DNA from: Carpediemonas membranifera BICM
Lineage: Eukaryota > Protista > Fornicata
DNA: 64,000 bases
NCBI GenBank assembly: GCA_019828565.1
Contig: JAHDYR010000002.1
Location: 62,001-126,000 of the forward strand
Reading direction: 5' to 3'
Positions 1-10,421 of the stretch are shown here, in pieces; position 1 is the first letter of the stretch; every line of letters begins with the position of its first letter. The translations under genes were made by a program, and so were the position numbers. The notes under the pieces are model-generated. The model had not been told where the DNA came from. It searched no databases and saw nothing but the letters and a program-made list of their open reading frames with translations.

Positions 1-1918
1 GAACTGATGATAACGTACCTGCACCGTTGACGCCGAGGAGTACGAGGGCCTCATGGTGCCTGATTTCGAAGCTCACGTGGTCTAGAGCATTCACGGTCAT
101 GCCGTTTGATGTCCGGAAGATCTTTGTGAGATCATCAATACTGCACAGCGAGTCGCTGCCGGGCGTGCGGATGATGAGGTCGGATGGAGCGGTCTGGGGG
201 ATCGGCTGCTCGCCGTCAATGAGGGCCTCGATGTCGTCATCGGCCTGCCGTCTTCTGAGGCTGGTGATGGCACCGACGAGAACGCCGATAGAGCCCTTGA
301 GGACCTTGCTGATCGTGAAGGACACCAATCTGATGGCGTCCTGGAGGTGTGACTCGAGCAACACGATCAGGGCGAAGAGGGTGAAGTTGACGACTGTATG
401 AACGGCAATGAGACCCAGGTCCAGCCAAGGCTCGCTGAATTGCCACGTGGGGAATGCAAACGCATCTCTCATGCTCATACGCCAGGCGATTGCATGGATG
501 AACCGAGCAATGGTGAGGGGCATGAAGAGGTGCAGCACGACGGGCATCTGGAAGCTGTCAGGGTAAAGGAAGCCGTTGAGAATGAGGATAAGCGGGAACG
601 CAAAGGCAAGGACGGTGAAGCAGACAGGGTGGACGAACCTGGGGGCCCTTATGATCTGGGAGAGCAGCAGTGTGAAGGAGAAGACGGCTGGGGCCAGAAG
701 TAAGAAGAATGGGATGAACAGCGGATGCAGGATGCTGAACGTGCAGTATGTCATGACAATGACGGTTATTACCCACAGTGCAATGTACTCTAGCATGAAA
801 GTGACCGACCGCGACACTGAGTAGACTGTGCGACGGAGTCCGGACTGTCGTAGGAGGGAGACGACGCCGAGCACGCGCTCCTTGACAATGTCTGAGAGCA
901 CCAGGGGTACAAGCATGAGGAACACGGGCGTGAGGGCTGCTGCCGCGACCTCGCCAACGAAGATGGCGTTCGTCTGGCCATTGACGGTGACGTCCATGTT
1001 GAGGGCCTCGTCAAGGCCATAGGACGCGAACGTAGTGTCATTAAGAAGCCAGTACGGGTAGATCTCGTCCGGCCAGCATGACTCCCGGTCGGATGAGAAG
1101 ACACTACTCGGGATGCTCATGGCATATAGGTGGTTGAGCTGAATCAATGGGACACGGAATGAACTGCCCATGCCGACTGTAGCCATGAACTGGGGCACTG
1201 ATGGAACGTACATGTCAAGCTTCATGCTGGCGATGGCGTCTCCATCAGTGGTGGCCTTGAACTCCTTGATGTCCCAGCCACCGTTCTTGGGCACAGTTGG
1301 GGCGTCGTCGGAGAGATACTGGCCCTCGGTCTCATATTGAAACCAATAGCCCCACCTTCTCATCTCAGACTCGAACTTGCTGTGGTCGGTAGTGACGTTG
1401 AAGGAAGGGACGTTAAGAACCGGGTCGGACAGATACTGTGCAACGCGGAGCTTTCCAAGGAGGCCCGATCGTCCTGCTGTGTCGCCAGTGACTGGGGCAC
1501 TGCCGAGGAGGGCGGCGACCGACTCTGAGGCATGCACTGGAAGGTTGTACGGCCACATCGACGGAGCGTTCATGGCGTCATCAGCGAACTCCACCCACTC
1601 GAAGTATGTGTTATCCATGCCTGTGCGAGTGTCAGTCAGGAGGTCTGGATCGTGCTCGAAGGCCTTAAGGATGGGGCTGCCGATCGACACGGGCGCGAAC
1701 AGAAAGCTGATGCCACGGAACTCCTTTGCAATGAAAACAACGAGGAATGCGATTGCTGGCATCAGGACTAGGTAGCAGATGACGGAGATCTTGCTATGCC
1801 ACATGAGGAGCAGGTCCTTGATGATCAGCGCGATAACCTGGCTGCAATACACGTGAATCTCATGTAATATGCGTTGTAGACCGCTTGGACGAACGGTCTT
1901 TTGCTCTGTGGCGTCCAT
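1..1918 (-). CDS. ABC transporter, probably ABCA subfamily (5' part; runs off the left edge)
   Basis: Hand-translated open frame from ATG 1918 (MDATEQK...QVIALIIKDLLLMW). It has one N-terminal TM helix, a large exocellular loop, a DIVKERVLG motif, several more TM helices, then ALDHVSFEI...LLGVNGAG (Walker A). The Walker A is cut by a probable intron donor GTACGT starting at 18. Absent from the ORF track because no stop lies in the window. Confidence 0.85.
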   Translation of the reverse strand, partial: MDATEQKTVRPSGLQRILHEIHVYCSQVIALIIKDLLLMWHSKISVICYLVLMPAIAFLVVFIAKEFRGISFLFAPVSIGSPILKAFEHDPDLLTDTRTGMDNTYFEWVEFADDAMNAPSMWPYNLPVHASESVAALLGSAPVTGDTAGRSGLLGKLRVAQYLSDPVLNVPSFNVTTDHSKFESEMRRWGYWFQYETEGQYLSDDAPTVPKNGGWDIKEFKATTDGDAIASMKLDMYVPSVPQFMATVGMGSSFRVPLIQLNHLYAMSIPSSVFSSDRESCWPDEIYPYWLLNDTTFASYGLDEALNMDVTVNGQTNAIFVGEVAAAALTPVFLMLVPLVLSDIVKERVLGVVSLLRQSGLRRTVYSVSRSVTFMLEYIALWVITVIVMTYCTFSILHPLFIPFFLLLAPAVFSFTLLLSQIIRAPRFVHPVCFTVLAFAFPLILILNGFLYPDSFQMPVVLHLFMPLTIARFIHAIAWRMSMRDAFAFPTWQFSEPWLDLGLIAVHTVVNFTLFALIVLLESHLQDAIRLVSFTISKVLKGSIGVLVGAITSLRRRQADDDIEALIDGEQPIPQTAPSDLIIRTPGSDSLCSIDDLTKIFRTSNGMTVNALDHVSFEIRHHEALVLLGVNGAGTLSSV

Positions 1919-2252
1919 CTGGGTTGCAGGCCTCGCCAATCTCACGACCTCAACTTCGAGATCCAGTCGAGGTGTGATCACTCTCTAGAGAAGGGTGGTG
2001 GATGGAAGGAGACAGGACTAGCGCATGTAATGATGTAACCCTGTCAACCTAAAAGGTTTGTTGGACCCTGCTCGGCATGGCCCCGCAATTCGACGAAACA
2101 GAGCTGAACTGGAAGTAAACCGCGCATGTGTGCCGACATTAACGCTTACCAGACTCTCAGGGTGGTCTGGCTGGGCCTTTACTGCTTCTGGAGTCAGTCA
2201 TTTTCTATCAACAACTGAGTGAGGAAGTTCGTTTTCGAACTTGGAAAACAAC

Positions 2253-3595
2253 ATGTCGAAGCAATTCAGCAGTCCACCATTAACCTTTGACTGCGCTTTT
2301 GAATCGGGGAACATCGGGAAGGTCGTTCGGACTGAAACCAACGCATACGGTATGTTGAAACACGAAGCTCCGCCCCCAGCCCTCACACAGACATATACAT
2401 CCGCCCAGACACATACCAAGAGAAGTGGCGTCTTTGGTTCTACTTCAGAGTGACCGGGGTACGTGCAGGTGAATCAGTCTGCTTCTCCATCATGAACATC
2501 AACAAGAAGGCCACCGCCTACCGCCTCGGGATGTCGCCCATCGTCCGATCGACTTCCAGGCCCAAGTGGGAGCGTATACCTGAGAAGTACTGCTTTAACT
2601 ACACCGACCCAAGGGGCAAGGCGAAGAATCCAATCGTCAGCTTCCTATTCAAGTTCGATAACGAGCGCGACGAGTACTTCTTCGCATTCTGCTATCCCTA
2701 TACATACAGCATGCTCCAGCGCTTTCTCTCCCGTGTCACTGCTGCCGGGCTCCCCTACTTCCACCGGGCTGAGCTGACGCAGACCCTCATGTCCAAGACA
2801 GTGGACCTCCTCACAATCACAGACCCGGCAGTGGATGATAGCGGGAAGAAGGTGGTCCTCATCACTGCCAGGGTACATCCTGGAGAAACACCGGCCTCGT
2901 TCGTCTGCCACAGTGTTATTGAATTCCTGATATCATCGGGCCCAATCCCAGAGGCACTGAGACGGGCAGTGGTGTTTAAGATAGTCCCCATGATGAACCC
3001 GGACGGGGTTTACTGGGGCAACTACCGCACTAACGGCCTGGGCCATGATTTGAACCGGAAATACCTCGCCCCCCGACCTGATGCCCACCCGGTCATCTCC
3101 GCTGTCCGGCGTCTGGTCAGGGCGCTGTACATGGACGAGGCTCTCCCACTCCCCCTTGAGCCCGACGTGGTGGACTCGACCCCATTGGAGAACGCTGAAA
3201 CCCGCCTGGCGTTAGTAGTCGACCTGCATGCCCACTCCAACTGCACGGGCGCGTTCTTCTACTACAATGCGAATAAGAACGACCCCGTCCGGGATGCGGC
3301 GGAGAAGGCATACCCCACCATTGTTGGTCGGCTATCGCGTCCCTTTGCTGCCGGGTGTGTGCGGGCATCAACAGACTCGGGAAAGGACGGGACGATGCGG
3401 CGGACATTGGAAAATTTGCTGGAGCCCTCGCCGTTTACGTATACATGCGAAGTATCATGCTTTGGTGGGCTGCTGGACGGGACCACGAGTGGGCGAAAGG
3501 AGGTGTATACTCCCGATAGCTACATGCAGATTGGTAGGGACCTCATGGTCGGCCTGGCGGAGTATCTCTCGCTCGACGTCTCGGGGCGGTCCTGA
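2253..3595 (+). CDS. Cytosolic carboxypeptidase (M14 CCP/Nna1/AGBL family, tubulin deglutamylase-like), 2 exons
   Basis: Exon 1 has FDCAFESGN. Splicing 2350-2390 gives YDIYIRPDT...WFYFRV. Also present: YPYTYS, ARVHPGE (HxxE zinc), NPDGV-GNYR, DLNR, DLHAH. Confidence 0.92.
2350..2390 (+). other. 41-nt spliceosomal intron
   Basis: GTATGT...CACAG; removal joins two CCP-motif segments in frame. Confidence 0.85.
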
Positions 3596-3862
3596 AGGGT
3601 GGGGTGGATCGAATGCAGTGTTGGCCAGCAACGAATCTAGTAAACCTCAGAACGTCACGCGGTGATTGGAGTGTGCCGTTTCATCAAAAGGCGAGCGGGC
3701 GCTCTCAGCAGACACCGCTTGATTCCTGGCAAACGTCGCACTGCTTGGCTATACACACACCTTGGGCGAGACACCTGCGTCGTATGCAGAAATGATTTGG
3801 GCGGATTATGATTCGCAACGAACGCGATCAATGGCACATCGACGCCGGTAGCAAGCCAATTC

Positions 3863-4708
3863 ATGCTTAACTACGATCTATTCGATGCTGTACATTCCTT
3901 TAGAGTCAATGCGTCGGCTGTGCACCGTGCATTCATGAGCTGGAAGTGCATCGAATACCGCGAGTCCAAGGAGACCGTTCAACCGGCGTTCTTTGACGTT
4001 TGTCCGGAGGATCCGACGACTGACGTAGAACTGGTCAAGAAGGAACAAGATGCGTGTTCCACGATTTGCATCGAGGCGGACAACTGGCAACGCGCGTCGC
4101 TTCTCGCTGATGGAAAGAAGGTCACGCTGATCGTTAAAAACGTGCCATCAGAACATGAGATAGCCAAGCTGAAGGCTACCGGCGCTATAGCTCTCCAGTA
4201 CGCCCTCCAGCCCGAGTCCCTCGCCTGGCCCAAGCCCCAGTGGTCTCGACTCGCAGACTCAGTCCACGCCGCCAAGGAGGCCGGGTTCCACGTCAAGGCC
4301 ATGGTCCCTCGTGTCCCGTCACTCCAACAGGCTGCCCGCACCGCCCTCCGCGCCATAGCCTGCGGGGTCGACATGATTTACGACAACCACGCCCACGCCG
4401 TCCCAGCAACAGCTATTGTACTTGCCAGGGCTGTGAGGTTTGCCCGGGAGGTCGACCCCAGCATCACTGTGGGCCTCAAGGTCAACGGTGCCACGACAGA
4501 CCACGACATGGTCATCAGCCTCGTCCGTCGAGAGCTCGGCTTCGAGTTGACCCCGCAGAACTTCCGGCTTGAGGTTCCGAGGTCAGTGACGGTGTCACGG
4601 CCGATCGCGCTGGTGGGGGACGGGAAGAACTGGATTCACTCTGCCCATCGGATGATGAAGGAGAGCGGGCAGTTCACTCACGGGGCTGGGCCGGATGTAT
4701 TCCTCTAA
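3863..4708 (+). CDS. Deoxyribose-phosphate aldolase (DeoC/DERA)-like TIM-barrel protein, degenerate
   Basis: C-terminal half (AIACGVDMI...ATAIVLARAVR...VGLKVNG...LVRRELG..LTPQNFRL) parallels the eukaryotic DERA C-terminus. The DFIKTSTG Schiff-base motif is not conserved. Confidence 0.5.
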   Translation: MLNYDLFDAVHSFRVNASAVHRAFMSWKCIEYRESKETVQPAFFDVCPEDPTTDVELVKKEQDACSTICIEADNWQRASLLADGKKVTLIVKNVPSEHEIAKLKATGAIALQYALQPESLAWPKPQWSRLADSVHAAKEAGFHVKAMVPRVPSLQQAARTALRAIACGVDMIYDNHAHAVPATAIVLARAVRFAREVDPSITVGLKVNGATTDHDMVISLVRRELGFELTPQNFRLEVPRSVTVSRPIALVGDGKNWIHSAHRMMKESGQFTHGAGPDVFL

Positions 4709-4825
4709 ATAGGGTGTTTAGCAGTGGCCATGGTCTGTATCATAAGCTGACCACTGCTGGAACAGGGCGCAGGATATGCGTCATTTTGCGCCGGTGAGAC
4801 TGTGCAATAGGCCAATAGACTCTCA

Positions 4826-5785
4826 ATGTCTCAGTTTAATGTGGAAAATAAGCTTACAGGGCACAAGGGAGCTGTCAGTTCTGTTTCATTCTCACCTAGA
4901 GGCCGTTTTTTAGCCTCTGCAGGCGCTGACGGCGTTGTGATCATATGGAATGCAAAAGCGTGGACTCCCCAGGATATACTCGCCGAGCACACTGCAGGAA
5001 TCAATGGCCTAGCCTGGCTCCCGCACAAACGAGACCGGTTCCTACTGTCTGTCGGCGACGACCGCCGTTTGGTTGTCTGGGATGGTATTTCCGACAAATG
5101 GAAGGGCACCACCGCAGTATGCGGTCATGATGCCCCCATCACCGTCGTTGACGCCAGCGACAACGGCCTTTTCACTGGCGACTCCGCGGGGATGCTTGTC
5201 TGGTGGACAGTCGACAACACCACACACATCCCGCGGCCTGTGAAGAGAGTCCAAGCTCATTCAGTGTCAATAACCTCCATCCGCACGGTGAAGACGTTTC
5301 CCCATGTCGGCACTTATGCACCTGTCGTGATCACTGCCGGACTTGATGGAATCGTGAGAATGTGGCACCAGACGTCGGCCTTGCAGCTCAGATCAATCAA
5401 TATTGCTACCCCAATCACGGCAATGCTCCCTGTCGTCTTCAGTCGAACTCTGCATTCCCTTGTTGTTCAGACGACATCAGATATTCATATTTTAGACCCC
5501 CTAGCACTGAAGAACGTGCACGGGGACCCTACTCCGCTTATTAACAACGAGGAGGGGTCGCTAGGCTGTCTGACGGCTATTGGTGCCATGTCCAGGACGC
5601 CTGACCTACTCACAGTCGGCGGGTCCGAATGGGTGACGAAGGTCGACACGGGGTCGGGCAAGCTGCAGTATCTGGGCGTTACAACCTCTGGGCGGGGCCC
5701 GATACTCTCAGTTGACGTGCATTCGTCTGGTTTGATCATTGCTGTGACCGACGGAAAGAGTGTACTTGTTGGACGTGTCATTTGA
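4826..5785 (+). CDS. WD40-repeat protein
   Basis: Repeated GH/AH...S.G.D....W motifs (GHKGAVSSVSFSP..LASAGADGVVIIWN; GHDAPITVV; AHSVSITSI..TAGLDGIVRMW). Confidence 0.92.
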   Translation: MSQFNVENKLTGHKGAVSSVSFSPRGRFLASAGADGVVIIWNAKAWTPQDILAEHTAGINGLAWLPHKRDRFLLSVGDDRRLVVWDGISDKWKGTTAVCGHDAPITVVDASDNGLFTGDSAGMLVWWTVDNTTHIPRPVKRVQAHSVSITSIRTVKTFPHVGTYAPVVITAGLDGIVRMWHQTSALQLRSINIATPITAMLPVVFSRTLHSLVVQTTSDIHILDPLALKNVHGDPTPLINNEEGSLGCLTAIGAMSRTPDLLTVGGSEWVTKVDTGSGKLQYLGVTTSGRGPILSVDVHSSGLIIAVTDGKSVLVGRVI

Positions 5786-6029
5786 GGAACACAGTGATGT
5801 ACTGAGACATTTATTGGACTGCCATTCTGCCAGTAAAGACTTCTTCTTACGACATTTGATGTTGTGTTAGTGATATGAGTTTCCGAACACTTAGAGGGGA
5901 GATCGGGTTACATCGAAGCGCCCCAGACAAGTGCCCAACAGTATACGCGCACGTAGATCGAGTGAAACACGAAGAGAAACAGCCAATCGGTCGTGCGAGA
6001 CGATTCAACCAAAGAGGCTTCCTGCAATA

Positions 6030-6264
6030 TGGTGAAAATGGCCGAAAATGGTATTGCCCAGATGCAATTCCAGCCGTCCCAATAGCCCATGGAAAGCTGA
6101 TAGGCTGGGATTGTCCGCCTCCTGCCCGCCTTTCCATCACTGCACAGTTCTTGCACAAACGACTGCATGATGTGACTCTGGTTGCTGTTGCAATTTGTTG
6201 TTCTGTGCCGGGGCGAAGAGATTGGAACATTTACATAAACTGCGGACGTGGATGCCTTATGACA
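6030..6264 (-). repeat. 3' LTR (TG...CA, 235 bp)
   Basis: Identical by eye to 21803-22037; preceded on the minus strand by the polypurine tract AAGGGGGGTAGGA (6265-6277). Confidence 0.92.
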
Positions 6265-9200
6265 TCCTACCCCCCTTAAGCTTGAGCTTGTGGGACTTGA
6301 GGTAGTCACGTGCCGCAGTGACGTGGCGGAGCCCGTCAGCGGGTTCCCATGTGGGATCGTAGTCGCCCTCCCAGCAGACGAGGAGCTGCAGTGTGCCGTT
6401 GCGGCGACGGTGCTTCTCGATGCCTTGCACGACGTACGTCTGCTCGTCGGAGGCGGCGAGGTTCTTCAGGCGGCTGAGCCCCGACTTGGTGTTGAAAGGA
6501 AGGACCTGGTCTACGTGAGCCATGAAGGGGGCGCTCTCGAAAAGGTCGACCAGCTGAAGGGTGTTGTTGTCCTTGATGGCGAGAATCTTGAACGGGCCGG
6601 CGAAGCCATGCAGCTTTGGGGTCTTCGTCCGGTTGAGCAGGACGAGGTCGCCTTCCTTGAAGCTAGTCGGCTGGCGGTCGGCGTTGGCCTTGGCGAGGCG
6701 CTTGTCTACAGTCTCGCGCTGCTTCTCGGCCGCCCTAGAGGTCAACTTGGAGAGGTGGGCTCGAAGTAAAGTGATGTAGGCTGAGGCTGAGGCAAGGGGC
6801 GAGTCATTTTCGCTCGGTCGGAGGATTCTAGCGACTGTGGAGCTGGGGTCGAGTTGGTCTCCATACAGCATGGCGTGGGGTGTGACCCCAGTGGCGCTGC
6901 AGGTGGTTGTGTTCAGCAGCAGCTGAACTACCGGAAGGAGGTCGCTCCAACGGGAGAACTTGTCGAATGGAGGATCAAACAGCGAAGATGCTTCATGACC
7001 TCCGCGTTACGACGCTCTACCAGCCCATTCGACTGAGGGTGGTAGGGGAGGGTGAATTGCTGGGTGATGTCCGCGCTTTCGAGCAGGGCCTTGACGACGT
7101 TGCCGGTGAACTCAGGCCCGTTGTCGGACTTGATGAACAGGGGAGTCCCATGACGGGTAATCACCTGGCGCCAGAGGGCCTCTGACGCTGCATCAGCTGT
7201 GTTCTCGTCCGTCGCGGCCAACTCAGTGTAGCGAGTAAACATATCGACCATAACTGTGATGTATCTGGAGCCGACTGCGTCTGCCGGGATTGGACCAATA
7301 GTATCCACTGCGACAGTGTGGAACGGCTTGTACACTGCTGTTGTGCGGAGCTCTGCCTCGGCGAAGTTGCGTAGGCGAGCTTTCTGGCACTCGTCACATG
7401 AGGCGACGAACTCCTCGACATCTGCTGTGCAGCCTGTCCAGGTATAGCCGTCTGCTCTCAGGCGTTCGATGGTAGCCTTGGCGCCGTGGTGTCCTCTGTG
7501 GGCGATCTGTATCAGCTCCTTTCGGAGGGGTCTGCACACGGTTGAAGTAGGGATGACGACGAGGCCGTCCTTGCGGCGAAGACCGTCGCTGTCTACGGTC
7601 AGCTTGGAGACGGTAGAGTCGTCTGTCTGGTGTTTGATGAGTGTGTCATGGTAGCGGGAGTCAGTCGTGATGGCTGCGACAGTGGGCGAGGTCGAGTGAC
7701 CGCAGCGGCTCAGCGCGTCTGCGACTGCGTTCTGTAGGCCGGGAACGTGCTCGACATCGAACTTGTAGTCTGCTAATGTCAGTCTCCACCGGTTGATCTT
7801 GTCGTACTCGGATGACTTGGCGATCATGTAAATAAGATTACGGTGGTCGGTCCGTAGGAGGAACCTCTTCAGGCGTAGGAGGGGTGACAGGGTCGGGTGT
7901 GTAAGGCAAAAGACAATGGCAAATAGCTCCTGCTCACACGTGGCCCAGCGCGACTGGGTTGACGTGAATGTGTGAGAGAAGTAGGCGAGGACCTGTGTCT
8001 TGTCGTCCTTTGTCTGCCATAGTACGCCGCCTGCTCCGATGTTGCTAGCGTCTGTCTCGAGCGTCCAGTCGGCGTCGGCGTCCGGATGTGCGATAAAGAG
8101 ATCGTCAGTGAACAGGGTCTTCAGGCCGTCGAAAGCGGCGTCGTGCTCCGCTGTCCATTCCCACAGACGGTCCTTTTGCAGAAGATCGTTGAGAGGTCTC
8201 ATGTACTCGTGTCGTGTATGGGGAACGAATGATGCGAGGTACTGGAACACGGGCGTAGATGAATATGTCGTCGATGTAGGGGGCGCCCTTGTACAACAGT
8301 GGGGCGAGCATGCCTTCGATCTCCCGCTGGAAGTGAGAAGGCGCGTTGCAAAGGCCGAACGGCATCCTGAGGAATTCCTCGTAGACGCCCGGGGCGGTGA
8401 AGGCCGTCTTAGGCACGTCGTCTGGGTGCATGGCCACCTGCCAGTAGCCCGACGTCAGGTCTAGCGTCGCAAAGCGTGTGCAGCCCGACGCGAGGTTGAG
8501 GAGTTCTCGCATGTTGGGGATCGGGTGCCGGTCGGGTACTGTCCAAGAGTTGAGGCGGCCGTAGTCGATACAGAGACGGTAGGCGTCGCCCTTTGCGACC
8601 AGGACGATGGGGCTTGCGTAAGGCCCCTCAGAGGGCTGTGTGATCTCGTCCTGGCGCAGGCGCTCGACGTATGGCAACAGCCACTCCAGCTTCTTCGGGT
8701 GTAGGTTGCGCGGGCGAAGACGGATCGGAGGGGCGTTGTCGTAAAGCGGGATGCGCATAGGGGCAAACGAGCACGGCTGTTTGCTTATGACGGGGTCGAA
8801 TAGGTGATCGAACCGACGGAGGATCGAATGTAGCTCGTCGGTCTGGGCCTTGGTGGAGAGCTCGTGTATCTCACACGCGTCGGTGTGAAACTCGCTTGAG
8901 GAGACGGCCTCGACGGGGGCGTCGAGGTACTTGTGGAGTGGGAGGCCATCGGTGGCGTCCTCCGGGCGTGAATCCGGAAGAAGTGGGATGTGGAGGCCAC
9001 TCTCGGAGAGATAACCGAGCGCGCGAAGCACGTCGCATCCAATGAGCACACGTTCAGTGGCGCGCGTCATGATGTAGAGGATGAGATCGACGATGACGTT
9101 TCCAGATGTGCTGGGCAACGTGATCCGCGCTTGGACGTAGTGAGTGATGAGGATGGGCTCATTGGTAACGGACTGAACAGTAAATGGCTTTTCAAGCTCA

Positions 9201-9461
9201 TGTGTGACGAGTTGGAGCGTCTTAACGGAGGTTGTGGAGATGATCGTGATTGCGGAGCCGCTATCGATCAATATCACCTGTTCTTGGTCATTCACAGCTC
9301 CCTTAACTGAGAATGCAGTTGAAGCGGCAACTTCTTCGATAAAGGCATCATCACAAGCATTGTGTGCGACTTCGACTTCGTGGACTCCTGGACGAGAGTT
9401 GATCAGCTTGGATCTGTCCCGGAGCACCATGTTCCCAGCGCGTCTCTCGTCGGGGCGAGGC
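6257..9461 (-). pseudogene. Gypsy pol (protease-RT-RNase H-integrase-chromodomain), disrupted
   Basis: ILIDSGS, RLCIDY, LDLTSGYWQ, MPFGL, YIDD; TDAS, EQEL, TDH, ADALSR; HHCC zinc finger, D(TIGP)-D(NGPEF)-E(RRN); LLVCWEG..PTWEP chromodomain. RT appears to have lost the segment after YIDD (~8250), and there are frameshifts near 8250 and 6930. Confidence 0.9.
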
Positions 9462-9511
9462 CATACTGTAAGAATGGCTAGAGTCTCCCGGGAGATACTC
9501 TGGAGATACTC
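9462..9511 (+). repeat. Left TIR of element 1
   Basis: catactgtaagaatggctagagtctcccgggagatactctggagatactc. Confidence 0.93.
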
Positions 9512-10421
9512 ATGTGTCAACGCTGGTCAAACCTCGCGATCCAGGCGATCTCAGGCACCTCCAGAACATCTAGAAGGTAGTTATAGAAGCATAAAAGACA
9601 TGTCTGGCGTCTTGAAGTATCACATGGTGTCAGTGTTGATAAAAGAGGATAACGCATTTTATGTTGTAAATGTGAAGTGCTCGTTCGAACATGGGATCTT
9701 AACAGCGGTGTTTTATAGCTAATAGCAATGCCCTCTGAAGTTTTCAGCCTCCAGTATCTTCTACTTCCGTATGAATTAATGATTGAATCAAGAGATTGAG
9801 AAAATGAAGACTTCCCCACAAAAACCAAACATGGGGGGATAATCCATGGGGGTCAAGTACTATCCGTACATACTCAGGTTCTGTGGGGAAGTCTTCATTT
9901 TCTCGCATTCGAAAAATCTGCAAAATTTTATCAACGATGAGATGGTCTTGGAAGATTGTGCTAACAACAGAGGTGTAACTAGATCAACAAAGGATCATGG
10001 AACCCTTGGTTTGTCCTAACGCCCGAAACAGTGCCCAAAGAGCTCGTGACACAGGTGAACGCCAGAAAGAAATGAAGTTGCTCAGAGTGTACACCATATT
10101 GTCCTAGTTCCAATACTTTTTACCATTTTCTTCCAGCTGCTTTCGTTGGCGAGTTTCATTTTTTTCTTACCGTTACTTCCGCAGTATCTTGCAAGATTCA
10201 GGGGGAAATTCAAATTCACTTTTCCTTTGAGGGCAAAGCAGAATTGCGCAATAACGCATCAATGGGTATGAGAAGCATAGAATACGTATAAAACTCAGTG
10301 TAGTTGCTGCTCACAACTTTTTGGAGGAAACAGAGCAGCGGAAGCCCCAAACCAAAAATCTTTCACAAACTCTTGTGAAACTTGTGAAATGTGAAAGTGA
10401 CTTCAGCAAAAATTCCTGAGC

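Noticed and set aside
5847-6309. ORFs overlapping the LTR (also 21669-22076)
   Set aside because: They read across LTR boundaries and are similar only because the LTR is duplicated.
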